Below, in pieces: positions 26,350 to 38,949 of a DNA stretch of 64,000 nt. Each line of letters starts with the position of its first letter. Positions within the stretch are counted from its first letter, which is position 1. A program made the translations under genes and the position numbers. The stretch spans positions 214,607-278,606 of the forward strand of contig MNCI01000461.1 of NCBI GenBank assembly GCA_015680685.1, in the 5' to 3' direction. The stretch is from Gnetum montanum. Taxonomy: Eukaryota > Plantae > Gnetophyta. The notes under the pieces were generated by a model. The model had not been told where the DNA came from. It saw nothing but the letters and a program-made list of their open reading frames with translations, and made no database searches.

Positions 26350-29082
26350 GTGGTGCCTAGAGGTAGTGGCTCTTCCATCATCTGCTTCCCTTTGTCACTA
26401 GGCCATTGAAACTTTTATCAATTAAGAAAAGCCTATAACTTTTCTTCCTCTATCCTTAGGTCATGCACCATCCAAGCTATTATGCCAATGTGTGCTACTT
26501 CCAGTACATCCCAAGGACATGGTATTTATGGAAACATTTAATTTACCTTGACATACCATGTTACAAACTATAATCCATCCTCCTTAAAAGCCCTAGCTTT
26601 ATCCCTTAGCTCATGATAAGCTATTAATCACCGAGCTAGGTTCGAAGCTATACCTTTCTATCCTTCACAGCTATCTTTGACCACCTCTAATTCTAAGTTT
26701 GCCACTTGTAACTTTTGCAAATCATCCTTCAGATCCACAAACTCTTTCTCATATAGCACATAGGTGGTTTCCACTTGCTTCTCCAACTCACTTTGAGGAT
26801 GACCTACTATTAACATGGCAAGGTTGGCATATATGAGGTTAGCCAACACCATGTATTCCTTCAAATCTTCTATTTGTAGGTCCTTATTTTTAACTTTCAC
26901 TTGTTAGACCATGACATAACTATCCAAAATGGCCTACCATTTAGAATTTTGTGCTACCAAGGAGTTGATGTCAGCCTTGGCCATCTTGATTTCCTTCTCA
27001 TTAATTTCCTTATACATGCTAACTTGATCACAAAAGTGTTCTTTTAACTTCTCATGTTTCTTGGCCTCATTCTACCATGTGCTAATCTCAATTATTATCT
27101 TTTGAAAAATAGCACATACCTCATCCATAGAGAGGATTCTATTTTCTTAGGCCAATCTACTCATATCTTGGTTGACCCACACTAGTTGTTCTCTTAACTA
27201 GTGAATGCTCTCTTCCAAAATGTCCTTTTTCTTCTCCACTGTGGTCAACTGGGCAATCTCTATTGTGAGCTACTTATTTTCTTCTTAGATGATAGTCAGT
27301 GCCTTTTTATGTGCATGGGTTTATGCATCTGCAGTGAAGGCATTCTAGACTACCATCTCCTTTTCTTGCTCTACAGTTGCTTTCTCTTTCACCAGCTTGG
27401 CAAGCTCTTCTATTTAAAATTGTTCCAATTAGTCAAGTGCAACAAATCAGGTAGGATCCTGTTGTGTAGCATGCAGGGTAGCTAGCTCTTCTTGTAATCT
27501 TTGTACTTTAGCTTTTGCATGTTCTTCCTTGACCTCATCCATGACCAACTTTCCTTTGGTGGTGATGAGGTCTAATTGTGCTACAATGACATTTCTTAGG
27601 ATGTCAAACAAAGTGATCATCACTTGACCTATCTACAACAAAATATCAACCATGTCCTCATGCACTATAGAAATCATTGAGGTCCTAACTAGCATTTGTG
27701 CATTCCTAGTTCCTATTAGATCGGTTGGAGGCACAACATGAACATTAAACGATTCCTTGATGTGATCAGTGATCACCTTTGTTGTGCCTATTGCATCTTC
27801 ATGTTGCAACACCATAATTTTGGTGCCTTTTCCTATTTCCAATATGACTTGAAAAGATATAGCATTCCCTAAGATCTGGCATGACCATTGGGATCCCTTT
27901 CTTCTTGATTGAATTGAGATCTCTTCCCTTATTGGATCGGTTGATATAGTGGGCTATAAAACATCATCCATAACCTAGAAGAGACTGGCCTCATCCCTAC
28001 TCCCCCAATTGATGGTCTCAGTGATTCTTTGTAGGTGGCTCATCGATGGTCTATAATTTTATAATGGTGGTGGTGGAGCTTATTCTTATAGGTACTGCTC
28101 AGGCTCTTATTACATTTCAGTTATTAGTTTTTCCTCCTTTTCAACTTCTTTCTCCTCACCAGAATCTTTTTTTAGTGCTGTAGTTTTGAGGAGCTCTGCA
28201 AAGGAGGCATGTTAAACCTTATAAAGAACACCATTGGTATATCCTAAGATTTCTGTGTACTTGCATAGCTTTCTAATCAAATAGGGAAATTAAAGTGTTG
28301 GTCTCCCTAACTTCGTTTCTTCAAACCACCTTTGGATTTTTGTGAAGTAGTATTGGGGAAGGTTAACTAAAAATTTTTCCACTAAAATGGCACTTTCCCT
28401 AGCTACATAATTGGAAATGTGATTAATCCCTTTGGCAGGAAATAGGTGGTATGTCCCAATCTTGAAGTAGGTTCTCTCTTCCAAATTCATCTCATTATAT
28501 GACTTATCTTCTTTGTCGTATGTCCACCTCAGCCATAGTCTCTTCATTTCAGGGTCAAATCTGGTGGATAGGTGAGCAACCTTGGCTCCTTCATTGGGTA
28601 GGTTGAGAGCTGTAGCAATGTCTTTGACTACATAGGAGACATTCACCACACAAATGTTCATAGTGGTACCTTTTTCCTTATTATGCCAGAATTGATAAAC
28701 TTCTTTGAGGTACCATTCACCACTATTCGATAAGATTGTCCATAATGGAGATGCTTTGAGTTGCATCGGCACCACCTCTAGAGAAAACTCATTGAATGGG
28801 CCAAAGTTCATTTCCACAATGACTGAAGCCAATGTGGAATTTTCCAAGATGGCATCAAGGTAGTCAAGGGGACATGTGAGACATTATCCCTATTCAGGAG
28901 TCGGTACTTCTATCACCTCCCCTTGGGTCGATTGCCTAGTAACAAGGGTCTCTTGATGGATATTGAAAGATTGGATCCTATTCAACATGTTTCTTATGTT
29001 CTCCTTACTAGTCACGACCACCACATGGATGCTTAGTGGCTCTCTATAAGGCTTCACCCTAAACACCTCTTTTTGGGGCCAT
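26350..29082 (-). pseudogene. Accessory ('env-like', plant transposon protein-like plus coiled-coil) ORF of gypsy B
   Basis: TGCAG|ATG GCC CCA AAA AGA start. ORF fragments 28890-29096, 28290-28847 (WYLKEVYQFWHN...KDIATALNLPNEG), 27633-27842 and 26658-26900 (coiled-coil-like) lie in series. Homologous to A's ORF. Confidence 0.8.
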
Positions 29083-31139
29083 CTGCAATCAAGCAAAAAC
29101 CAAGTGTTACCAAGGTTACGTCTATTATCATTAATCCATTCATACTTTACTCATAACCTTAGTTCATTAAGCTCATTATGCATATGATTGTAGAGCTAGG
29201 AAAATTTTCATGAAAAATCCCCCAAAAATTATCTATCTCTTCCTACAACCCATCAAAACTAGTTTCTTTTTCATTATATGTGGCTTAAAATAATGGTTAT
29301 AGGCTTGACGGTTGGAGAAATTTGACGTTTGGCACTATCATTAATGATTTTTCATTATAAGTCCTAAGGTTTTTAACATTTGTACCCTTAGAATACCTTC
29401 TAGGTGAGAGAAAATTTTAACAAATCAACACAAGCTTTGCGCACACACACTCCTCCATGACTATGTTGAACACTCCAGGTTCAGATAGATTCAAATAGTA
29501 TAGAAATCGGAGTGTTAGAAAGCTAGATATCACAAGTGGAAGATGGAGGTGCAGAGCTCTAAGTCATGAGAAAAAATTACAACAACTCCCCTAGTAATAA
29601 ATGAGAGAAATGAAGTTCATGTTGCATAGGGGTCCACTATATATACTTTTTTTCAAACCCAACATTGTGCACACAACGTTGGGTCAGACTCGAAGTCGTG
29701 TACATGATGTCAAGGTCCAAAAATTTTGATTTCTATGGGGCCAAAGGACATGCAAACTAAAGCTCCAAGTTTTATTGAAATATTGGAGGTTAAATTTTGT
29801 AGTTTAGGTAAGTGGAAAATTAAGTGGAGGCACCGAAAGTAGGATAAGGTGAAGTTGTCAACATTAAAAGTACAAGAATGAGCAAGAAAAGGGCATTGAA
29901 GCATGATTGTGAGATAGATTATATTTATGATAAGGGAAATAATAAAATATAACAAATGGAGTGCATGGAAGGTGAAAATGATGTGGTTATGTTAAACAAG
30001 TAGAAGTCGCAAGAGTTACACACATGGGTCCTCCCCAAAGCAGGTTCTAGCATATGATGCCCTATGGAACCACATCTCTAATGTTCATAGGCACTAGAGG
30101 GGTTGAATGCAATGCATACTTTTGAAACAAAACACACACATGTTAAAACTAGCAAATTGAGATAATTACTCCATGTTACATAAAAGCACAAGTTATGACC
30201 ATTTGGACAATAAGATGGGATGGACTGAAGAATGGATCATAGAAATCAAGACATGAGGTTTTGTACCATGGTCATAATGAAACCTTGTGTGTTATTAATG
30301 GTTAAATAACCATGTGTCCTTCTTTCCAAGATTCAAACCAAGTCCAAACCACATTTTAGTGACATTGCATTGTTTCATCACATCGGCAAACAACCATAAG
30401 ACTATCAAAGGTGAAAGGAGTAACATAACTTAGTGTTTTTTCCAAGGGAGAAGCATTATCATGACACAATTATTGTGTTTTTTCATGGTTCCATGAAGTT
30501 GCCAACCTTTAGGCATGAGGACATGTCATTCTAGCAGGACCCATAGAAGCTTATTTAGTGTTGTGTGAAGTTGCTCTTACTTCCATTTGTCATTAGTTCT
30601 ACAAGGATATGGTTACAATCTGAACAACATGATAGAAATCATAGAAGTAGCTAAAGAGAATCCACAAATCCCCTTGATGTCACATCCTTTAACATTTGAT
30701 CTTGGTTTGGCACTCTTCCATTGAGACACAATGATTATGAAATTATTTAGAGTTCGAATGATGAAAAATATTATCATCATGACTAGATTAAGAACCTCTT
30801 ATTAATGCAATGGGTGGATGGATGTCGTGGGCTCAATGTCCAAATAATCAGTCCCTTGTGACTCAATAACATAGACAAAAACCTTACCTTAATGGGCAAC
30901 ATGACCAATAGTGAGATTTCATACAAAGAAAATTAGAATGACAACTAGGAAAAAGTAGAAAAAAATAAGAAAATGATAAAGAATTGTAAAACAAAAATAT
31001 AAAAATCACTTAAAAATCCTAGAGATTAGAATGGGGGATAACCCCCATGACTAAACACTTGGTCATGGCTAGGATTAGTAAGTGGATGAATAGGATCTAT
31101 GCATGTATAAAACATTGGGGACCCTTCATGCCCTAGCCA

Positions 31140-33540
31140 CTAGGTGCCTATTGATGGTGTGGAGGCTAGGTAGAAAAATTGTTGGTCACACACTTGATGG
31201 TTATATGTATGATGAGTTAGGATATGAGGTGTGTTAACATTATGGATAATTGACCCACAATTGCACCCTTGAGTATGAGATGGTATGCATGGATTCATTT
31301 GTCTTCCCATATTTGTAGATTCATTGGTCGGATGTGGGATTGAAGCACTAATGGATGGTCGCCCGTGTACATGGTCAAAGGACATTGGTTGAGGTAGATA
31401 AGGTGTTGCACCAGATTGGCCTTGTACTAGCTCAGTTGATTTGATGGGTCCATTCATGGTTTACTTTGGCTTATGGCCTTTCCTCCAGAAGGGATTTTTT
31501 TGGTGTTACGATTAGGACCCACTGGTATCAACATGTCTATGCATAGTTGCAGCACAAGTGTTACTTATTTGTTGATATTGGGGTGCTGGACCTTCCTAAG
31601 TTGCTAAAAAGGATGTAGAAGAAGGTGGATGATGAGAAATCTGATGGTGAGTTGAAAGGTAAGAGGTGCAAGGTGGTGATCCTTCAAGGGATGTCATGTA
31701 TTGATGATACTTAGGAGAGTGATAGTGGCAATTAGAAGTAGAGGATGCAAAACTAGTTGGAGAGACAAGGTGTTGAACATAATATCCATGAGGTTTCGAT
31801 GAGTATGGTTGATTTGTTGGTGGCCTCCCCCACAACCATGGTTGTTGCCATTATAGTTGATGATCATGTTGAGGCTAGTAATAAGTCCCCCTAGAATGGT
31901 ATGATTGGTTGTGGGACTATCTAAAATTACCTTGTGGGAGAGGAAGTCTCCCAGGCATGTGCTTTTGCACAAATTTTGGATTTAAGACACCCACCCAATA
32001 CTCTTATAGATGCAATAATATGGGGCATTGGGTCCTTGGGTGGTCATGTATGCATAGGTCACATCCATCATCTTCATCTATAGTGGGGTCTTTAGCCTCA
32101 CTTTCATCAGCCATTTTTCTCATTTACTGAAAAGTGTTCTTAGTTGTTTCTCAATCTTGTATCCTCTATTGATCACAATTGTTTGGCTTGTGTTGCATGA
32201 GCTTCTCCACAACCGTCTCAACAAGAGTTATGATGCTATCATTTACCCATTTGGACATCCTATTAAACTTTACTTCTAAGTCATCCAGAGACTCCTTTAT
32301 CAGCAAAGTTAGTTGCAGGATCACCTCATCAAAGGTAGCTTCATTTTCCTTACCATAAATTTGGACCTCCTTCGATTGAAGAGTTGGGTCCCATTTATGT
32401 TTTTCAACATTCTCCCATTTACATATCTCTATTTCTTATTTTTCCATGTGCACTATGACCTCTTTAATCTAATGGGCTTGGAGCTTGTATAGTTCCCCTA
32501 GGGCATACATCCCAAGGGTTGCCCTTGTTTCATTACTAAGTCCATCTATGATGTGATAAAGTTGCTCTTACTTGAAGAAACCATGGCCTATGCATCTATT
32601 TAGTAAGGCATTATATCTATCTAAGTCCATGTCCAAGGATTCATGTTGCTCTTGTTTCCACTCTTGGATTTGTCTCCTCAAATTAGACACTCTTTTATAG
32701 GTTTGGAATCTCTCACTGAGAAGCTCTAGCATTGTAGGCCATCATCAAATTGAATTTGGTCTCAATGATTGATACCACACTTTAGCTCTATCAATTAGTG
32801 TGCTAGGAAATAGCTTAAGCATTTACCATTCACTTTCAATGTTGTAGTGAGCACAGGCATCATAGAAGGCTTGTAAATGCTATTGTGGATATGAATCATA
32901 GCCTCTTGTAAATTTTGAAATATTATTCATGTCAAGCTTAGGTAGTCAACTCTTTTTGTGATACCTGCAAGATACCTTAACGACCTCTGTGATATGCATT
33001 AGGCTCTTAGTGGCCATTAGGGATTCATCATCATAAAATAAATCATGAGGAAAATTTCTATGTTCATGGTGTCCTCTTTGACTTTTTCCATGGGTTAGAT
33101 TCCAGTTTTTAGTCTGACCCTTTAATGGAGCTCCATCTCTATACCTATGTTCATCTTCATTAGAACTAGAAATTGAAGGGAAAGAGAAAGATGAGGAACT
33201 AGAGGAGTTTCCATGGTTTCTATAGTATTTCCTAGGGTTCCTTAATTTATCATTTCTAGTTTTTTGAGGAGGCCTTAGGCCTTGAGGCTTCCCCTAGTTC
33301 AGGACCTACATCATCTCCTCTAAGATTGTCTACCTTGGGCAAATGTAGTCTTTGAGTATTGTCAGGGTGGTCATGATCATAAGAAACCCCTACATAAAGT
33401 TTATCACTCCAATCTTCTTCATCATATATCTCATTAGTTCTCCAATGAATGTGTTCGCTATATAGTGCATCATCATTTTCATGTGGGAGACACATTGTTC
33501 TTGGTGTGTGTGATTTAATAGTTTCTAAAAGATATATCAT
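31140..33540 (-). pseudogene. gag of gypsy B with a long P/Q-rich tail, disrupted
   Basis: LDMNNISKFTRGYDSYPQ*HLQAFYDACAHYNIESEW (~32830-32940) matches the gag of C (ORF 59634-59867). A CxxC/H knuckle remnant lies at ~32020-32060, and no protease follows. Confidence 0.82.
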
Positions 33541-33614
33541 TAAGACTTTTTACAATGATCTTGTATAATATAACTAATCTAGATAACTAGCACCATCCCT
33601 AGAAATGGTGCCAA

Positions 33615-34495
33615 TGATGAGCAACAAGGTACCCCTATGCTTAACCATATGAATTACAAGCATTCACATGCAATCTAGTTGAATTTCATGGATGGGACTA
33701 TTTGTAGCATCTAGATCATTATGCCTTGATCATAGTTCACTGTCTTCCCACTTGGACTAGTGGTAGCTTTGTCATGTATGGTTTAGTCCAAAGTAAGGCA
33801 TATGATGTGGTTCCTAATTCTATGCTATGCTACTCTTGATGATAGAAAGAGATAAATTGATTAACTAATAAATAATGGAAATAAAGTCTAAATTATCCCA
33901 AGGTGATGGTATCTTCTCTTAATCATCCATACATGTCTTGGAATTTATGGAGCTACTTCTAGGATTACCAAGTGTATGTCACTGGTTGTGCCAAATGATA
34001 CACCTCTGGGTAACCAAGTATTTATACTTAAACTCTTATGATTAAGGCATACACATTCTGCTTAACAGTAGTAATACTAAATAACAATAAATGGAAATTT
34101 TTAACCAAAGAAAGCATTAAATAATTAAAACAACAATATTAATCTAAGTGGATGCTACAGTGATGGAAGTAATCTCAATCTTTATTGCCAATCATGTAAC
34201 GTGTCCAAGTATGTCACACTCGAACAAAGGTGTCATACAATTACAAACATCACACTATGGGCATGCATTGGGAATAACAAACTGGAAATAAGAAACAAAA
34301 AACTAAAACTATCTATTACTACTTTCTAAGCTCTAAGTTGTCTCATCTGGAAGCCCAAGTGCAGTATTTATAGGCAAGGTCTAGATGAGGCGACATCAGG
34401 TATCTAACATCACTTATTAGCCTTAATGTCAAGTATACAATATCAGGACTGACATTGCATATCCAATTTCGAGGCCTTAAAAGGATGACTCATCA
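33615..34495 (-). repeat. 5' LTR of gypsy B
   Basis: TGATGAGC...TCATCA, with the PBS (TGGCACCATTTCTAGGGA on -) directly inside. Confidence 0.92.
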
Positions 34496-34500
34496 AGCAT

Positions 34501-35200
34501 GAAAGGCATAAAGAAGATTTTAAAGAAGAAATAGGCATGTATAAGCAAGTCAATGAAAAGAAGATTCAGATGGCCAATGCCAAGATTAGTTTCATCACAT
34601 AATAGTTACCTAATTGGAAACCCATCCTAAACAGCCTCATCCTAGTTTATTAAGCTAAAATTAAAAATAAATACCTACATATTGAAGATTTGATATAATA
34701 CATGGTATTAGTAAATCTATGCTATGCCAATTAAGCCATGTTGATAGCAAGTAAACCAAGAATAGAATTAGAGTAGAAATTGACTACCATGTACTTCATG
34801 TATGAAAAGGAACTTGTAGACAAAAAATATGCACAAAAAAGCTTCACATTGTAAACTCTATGCTTTAAGTAGTCAAATCAAGTTACCAAGATCAAAAAGA
34901 GGTAGAAGAAAACCTGACTAGAAAATTAATAGACTATTAAGAGTTACAAAAAATGGTCAAGACTTTTTATGTGGAATGAAAATAATTTGTGGTATGGTAT
35001 TTTAAGGCCAATAAGATATTTCTATAATTGTTATGTCCTTGGAAAGAGGTAATACCTAAGAACATCACCAAAGTGGTTTGGACTATGCATGATCCTAGGA
35101 CATAAAGAGAGAAGCTAAGAGAACTATTGATAAAACAATAATTTATGAAACTAGATGACAAGGAAAGAAGTTGATGGATGAACTACCATCATCAAAAACC
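34501..35200 (+). pseudogene. Accessory ORF of gypsy A, 3' part
   Basis: IKNKYLHIEDL...MVLVNLCYAN...YEKELVD matches ORF 26658-26900 of B (KNKDLQIEDLKEYMVLANLIYAN...YEKEFVD). Confidence 0.75.
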
Positions 35201-35449
35201 TAAAAAACTACATCAAAATTTCATTTTATTTTATTTTTTTATGTTATGGTTTTGTCATGTGTCAACCGTGTGCTACATGATAATTTTGTAACACCACTTG
35301 AATAAAGATGTGGCATTCATAGAAAATAGTTAGTTATGCATATATGTCATGTTATCATGCCCATGTAACATCATAAGTTTTTAAGAAACTCTATTTTCCT
35401 TTTTTTTAACTCATGGATTAACTAAAATCTCATGGATGAAATCATACAT

Positions 35450-36276
35450 TAATGAGTTTAATCAATATATGATTTCATAGATATGATGTAGTATACCATG
35501 GTCATGCTTATAAATATGAGCCCACCATCATGTTAAATCATCTATTTTTTGTCAATATTTAGTGAAATTTTGCTAGTTTCTTCCCTTGAAGTTAGAGTTA
35601 GCTATGAATATCCACAATATGGTGAATTATAGTTGTATTACATTTATATTCAAGTAGATTATTCTTGGATACAATTCATGAATGATAATAAAGATTGATA
35701 TTTTTCTTCATCATTACAACATTACATATAGAATAGATTTACTTTTTAATATCATTTTCTTTTACTTTATCATTTACATTTCTTAAGTCATTTACCCTTA
35801 CCATGCTTGTTAATATGGATGGAATAAGTATGAATGGTTTTGGCCATAAAGTGTAATTGTTTGGTAATCTAGTAGTAAATTTACTTGATTTGTTGAGTGT
35901 TAAAGTTACTTGGTAATTTGAGTAATAATTGTATCATCCTATGATGTGTACAATAAGCTAGGGCTAGATATTTATCACTAATAGGAAAGAATACGTTTAT
36001 ATTTTCAATGTTGATAGTTAATAAAATTTATATTCACTTTCACTATATTTACCCTTGGAACACTTAAAACTAAATAACATCATCTAATCATATGTCTCAC
36101 TATGAGTTAAACTATACATTGTGTACTTTGCTAACTTAAAGTAAGAAGACAATGATCATAAACTTATTATCAACTCACTAGTATAGTTACATTGTTCATT
36201 CATGGATTATAATATAATTGCATGTGAACATTTGTAACTTGTATGATTGAGTGTTGAAATTCTCTACTGCTTATCA
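35450..36276 (+). repeat. 3' LTR of gypsy A (5' edge uncertain)
   Basis: Collinear with ~13140-13945; ends TTATCA. Confidence 0.8.
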
Positions 36277-37400
36277 AACAACAAGAAAATAATTTAAGGT
36301 TATTGAGCTAGGCTACCTTCTTGTCAGCCACACATATGAAGATATTGATGAAAGCATTGGAAGGTTATCAATGAATATGTTAGAAAAATTTACCTTAGCT
36401 GATGGATATGTATAGTATTATAGATAGTGAAAATGGAAGTAATTATACTCATTACACTGATGAAATATATAATTTCAAAGGTTATTTGGAAGGATACATC
36501 TATAACTAGATTAAGACTCTACTGAGTACATAATATATTCATTATATTAGCCCCTACCTTAAAGATGATGTTCTGCTAATTATATGAAAAAGAAATACAA
36601 GAGAAATAATTTTTTCATAACCTTTTAAATTGTAGGAAAAACTTGATGGATGACCACATTTTTTCATAGGAAATCCATCATTACTACCACAAGTGCTAGA
36701 CAATAGTAACTACATTGTAATGATAACTAACTATGTAAAGTTACATATTGAAGCTTGGAGAAAGATCATTAATTGGTTGCAAGAAAAAATTGGCATGAAT
36801 GGAAACAGAAAATAGAATACTAATCTATAATAATTTTGGAATTATAAGAATTTAAAGATATAGTGTTAAGAATAATTACAAGAGAGAATTATGTTTTGCC
36901 AAAGACCATGTAAGAAGATGTTTTACAACTAGATTAGAATCCTAGGGATAACAAAGAAGAGGAAGAAAATGAATGCTGTTATTTGAAGAAATATATGATG
37001 AAAACCATTTAATCTACTAAATGACATCAAGTGTGGAATGATGCTCTTGGTACAACTAGGAAAAGGAAACAAGGATGATGACATATGAGTTGGCAAGATA
37101 AGAGAACTTAATTGCATTAGGAAAAAACTAAAGAAATTCATGCGGATTTGCTTAGTCAAAAATCAAAAAGGAAGATGAAATAAATAGATGAAAAGTGAAC
37201 ACATAATCCAAATAACACTTAGATACAGATAGTGACTTGAAGATCTATGAAATATGACTGGTAAAGTAGATCTAGAGGAGGCCAATGAGTAAAGCTAAAT
37301 TATAAGGCTAAGAATGTGTTCCAAGATATGTTACAAAAGTGGAATCGATAATGGGTAGAGAAAAATCTACTATAGTAGAGGCATGATTATTGCATTCTAG
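36277..37400 (+). pseudogene. DDE transposase pseudogene, 3' part
   Basis: FKVIELGYLLVSHTYEDIDESIGRLS (similar to FLxVGHTHEDID) is in frame with 13021-13090. The right end is approximate. Confidence 0.65.
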
Positions 37401-38949
37401 AAGAGAGGTGAAATGAGAATGAAATTTCCTCTTTCTTGTCTAGAAAAAACCTCAAAAACTCAGGCTCTAATATTACTACATATATAAGCTACCATACCAT
37501 GTAGTTTCTTAAAAAAATTTGGAATATAAAAATAGTTTTCACTAAAATATCTATGATTTAAAGTATATATTTAATCTTCTTTCATTTAAAATAATATTCA
37601 ATATAGATAGTAAACTTTTGGTAAGATATCTACAAGACATAGAACTTACTCCATAATGAAAAAAAAAAACACTGTAAGATCAAAAGAAAAGTTGTTCAAG
37701 TATAATGTTGAGTTTTTCAAAATGTAAGGTACATTTTAAAAATAATGAAAACATGCCTAAGGTCATAATTTATAAAAATATAATCATTATTAATTTAATA
37801 TTATTAATGCATCTATCATCTTTATTTCAATGTTAATCATTTATTAAAATTATTATTACTTCAAAGTTTATCATTAATTTAGATGATCATTATGTGATTA
37901 TCAAACAAACAACTATTTAGGTGTATTCCAAAGATTACTTTATGTTAAGGTAGTCACTCAGTGAGTCATTCATACTAAATAAAGCCAAAACCACACTTCA
38001 ATTCAAACATACAACATATCCAATTCATGCATGTTGAAGAAGAAATAAAAACGACCATAAAAGCCTCTTTATTAATGTGTGAAACAAAGATTACATTAAA
38101 TATAAAAGTAATAAAACTTATGAACACATAAGCCAAGGGATTTATGAAAGGTTTGAGTCTCCCAAGAACATCAAAACCTCTTAAGACTTTGCAATGAATG
38201 AAATGTAGCAAGCCTATCATCCCTCACAATCCTCATCTTGCTTAAAGGATGAGAATCAAAGTACCAAAGTGTAGAGATAATGCTTAATGGACTCACACAC
38301 ATGCTTTAGAGCCTTCTCATTTCTTCTCAGAGCATGCAATAATGGCCAAGACTCTTAATTCATCATTTATTTTAATATTAAAATTCTCCATGTTGAAACC
38401 ATGTTCTTTTCATAATACATTTCATTTTAAAAATGTTTGGATGGATGCTATGAGTGACTATAAGTGAAAGTCTACTCGTAGTCCCAAATTACTATGATTT
38501 CCTACAATCCACAAGCCTCCACAATCTCTTGGGTAGAAATTTCTGAATTGAAGTCATTCTTAGTAAAGGCAACTATGAGTTACAGTTCCTTCCAATCCAC
38601 TTAGAAATAGAATATTGAGAGAAAACTTGTTCTCAATGCATCTAGCTATGATTAGCAGTCTTTAGTAGTAATTTTGATCAAACTATGATCTCTTATGAGT
38701 CATAATTTTGTTGTATTTCACTCAGCCAAATATTTTTTTCAAAAATGAAATTTTGGCTTAGTACAAGCCTTAACCCACTCATAACAACCTGCTACAAGTC
38801 ACAATCTTAATGTAGTTGTTGTCCAAACTCATAAAATATATCATTTTGACTTCCAAATGAAGCCAAACATAAAAGAAAAACTTCCTAAGACTTCCTAATA
38901 GTTAAATTATAGGAAAATATTATATTAATGGGAGGTATTCCTATACTAG

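Larger units (their letters stand above)
25277..34495 (-). mobile_element. Athila-like Ty3/gypsy element B, non-autonomous (gag + accessory ORF, no pol), nested in A
   Basis: LTRs at 25277-26147 and 33615-34495, perfect TSD AGCAT (25272-25276 / 34496-34500), PBS at 33596-33613, PPT-like CATGGGGGTA next to the 3' LTR. Confidence 0.93.
13091..36276 (+). mobile_element. Athila-like Ty3/gypsy element A (gag-pol + accessory ORF), old, carrying two nested insertions
   Basis: LTRs at 13091-13945 and ~35450-36276, tRNA-Asp-type PBS, PR-RT-RH-INT domain order, flanks AATAG/AACAA. Excision rejoins the host transposase reading frame. Confidence 0.87.

Noticed and set aside
26350-29082. True retroviral envelope gene
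   Set aside because: No signal peptide, furin site or clear transmembrane anchor is visible. 'Env-like' is used only for its position.
38215-38945. 3' LTR of the chromovirus remnant
   Set aside because: The position is plausible, but no second copy lies in the window and the ends cannot be fixed.
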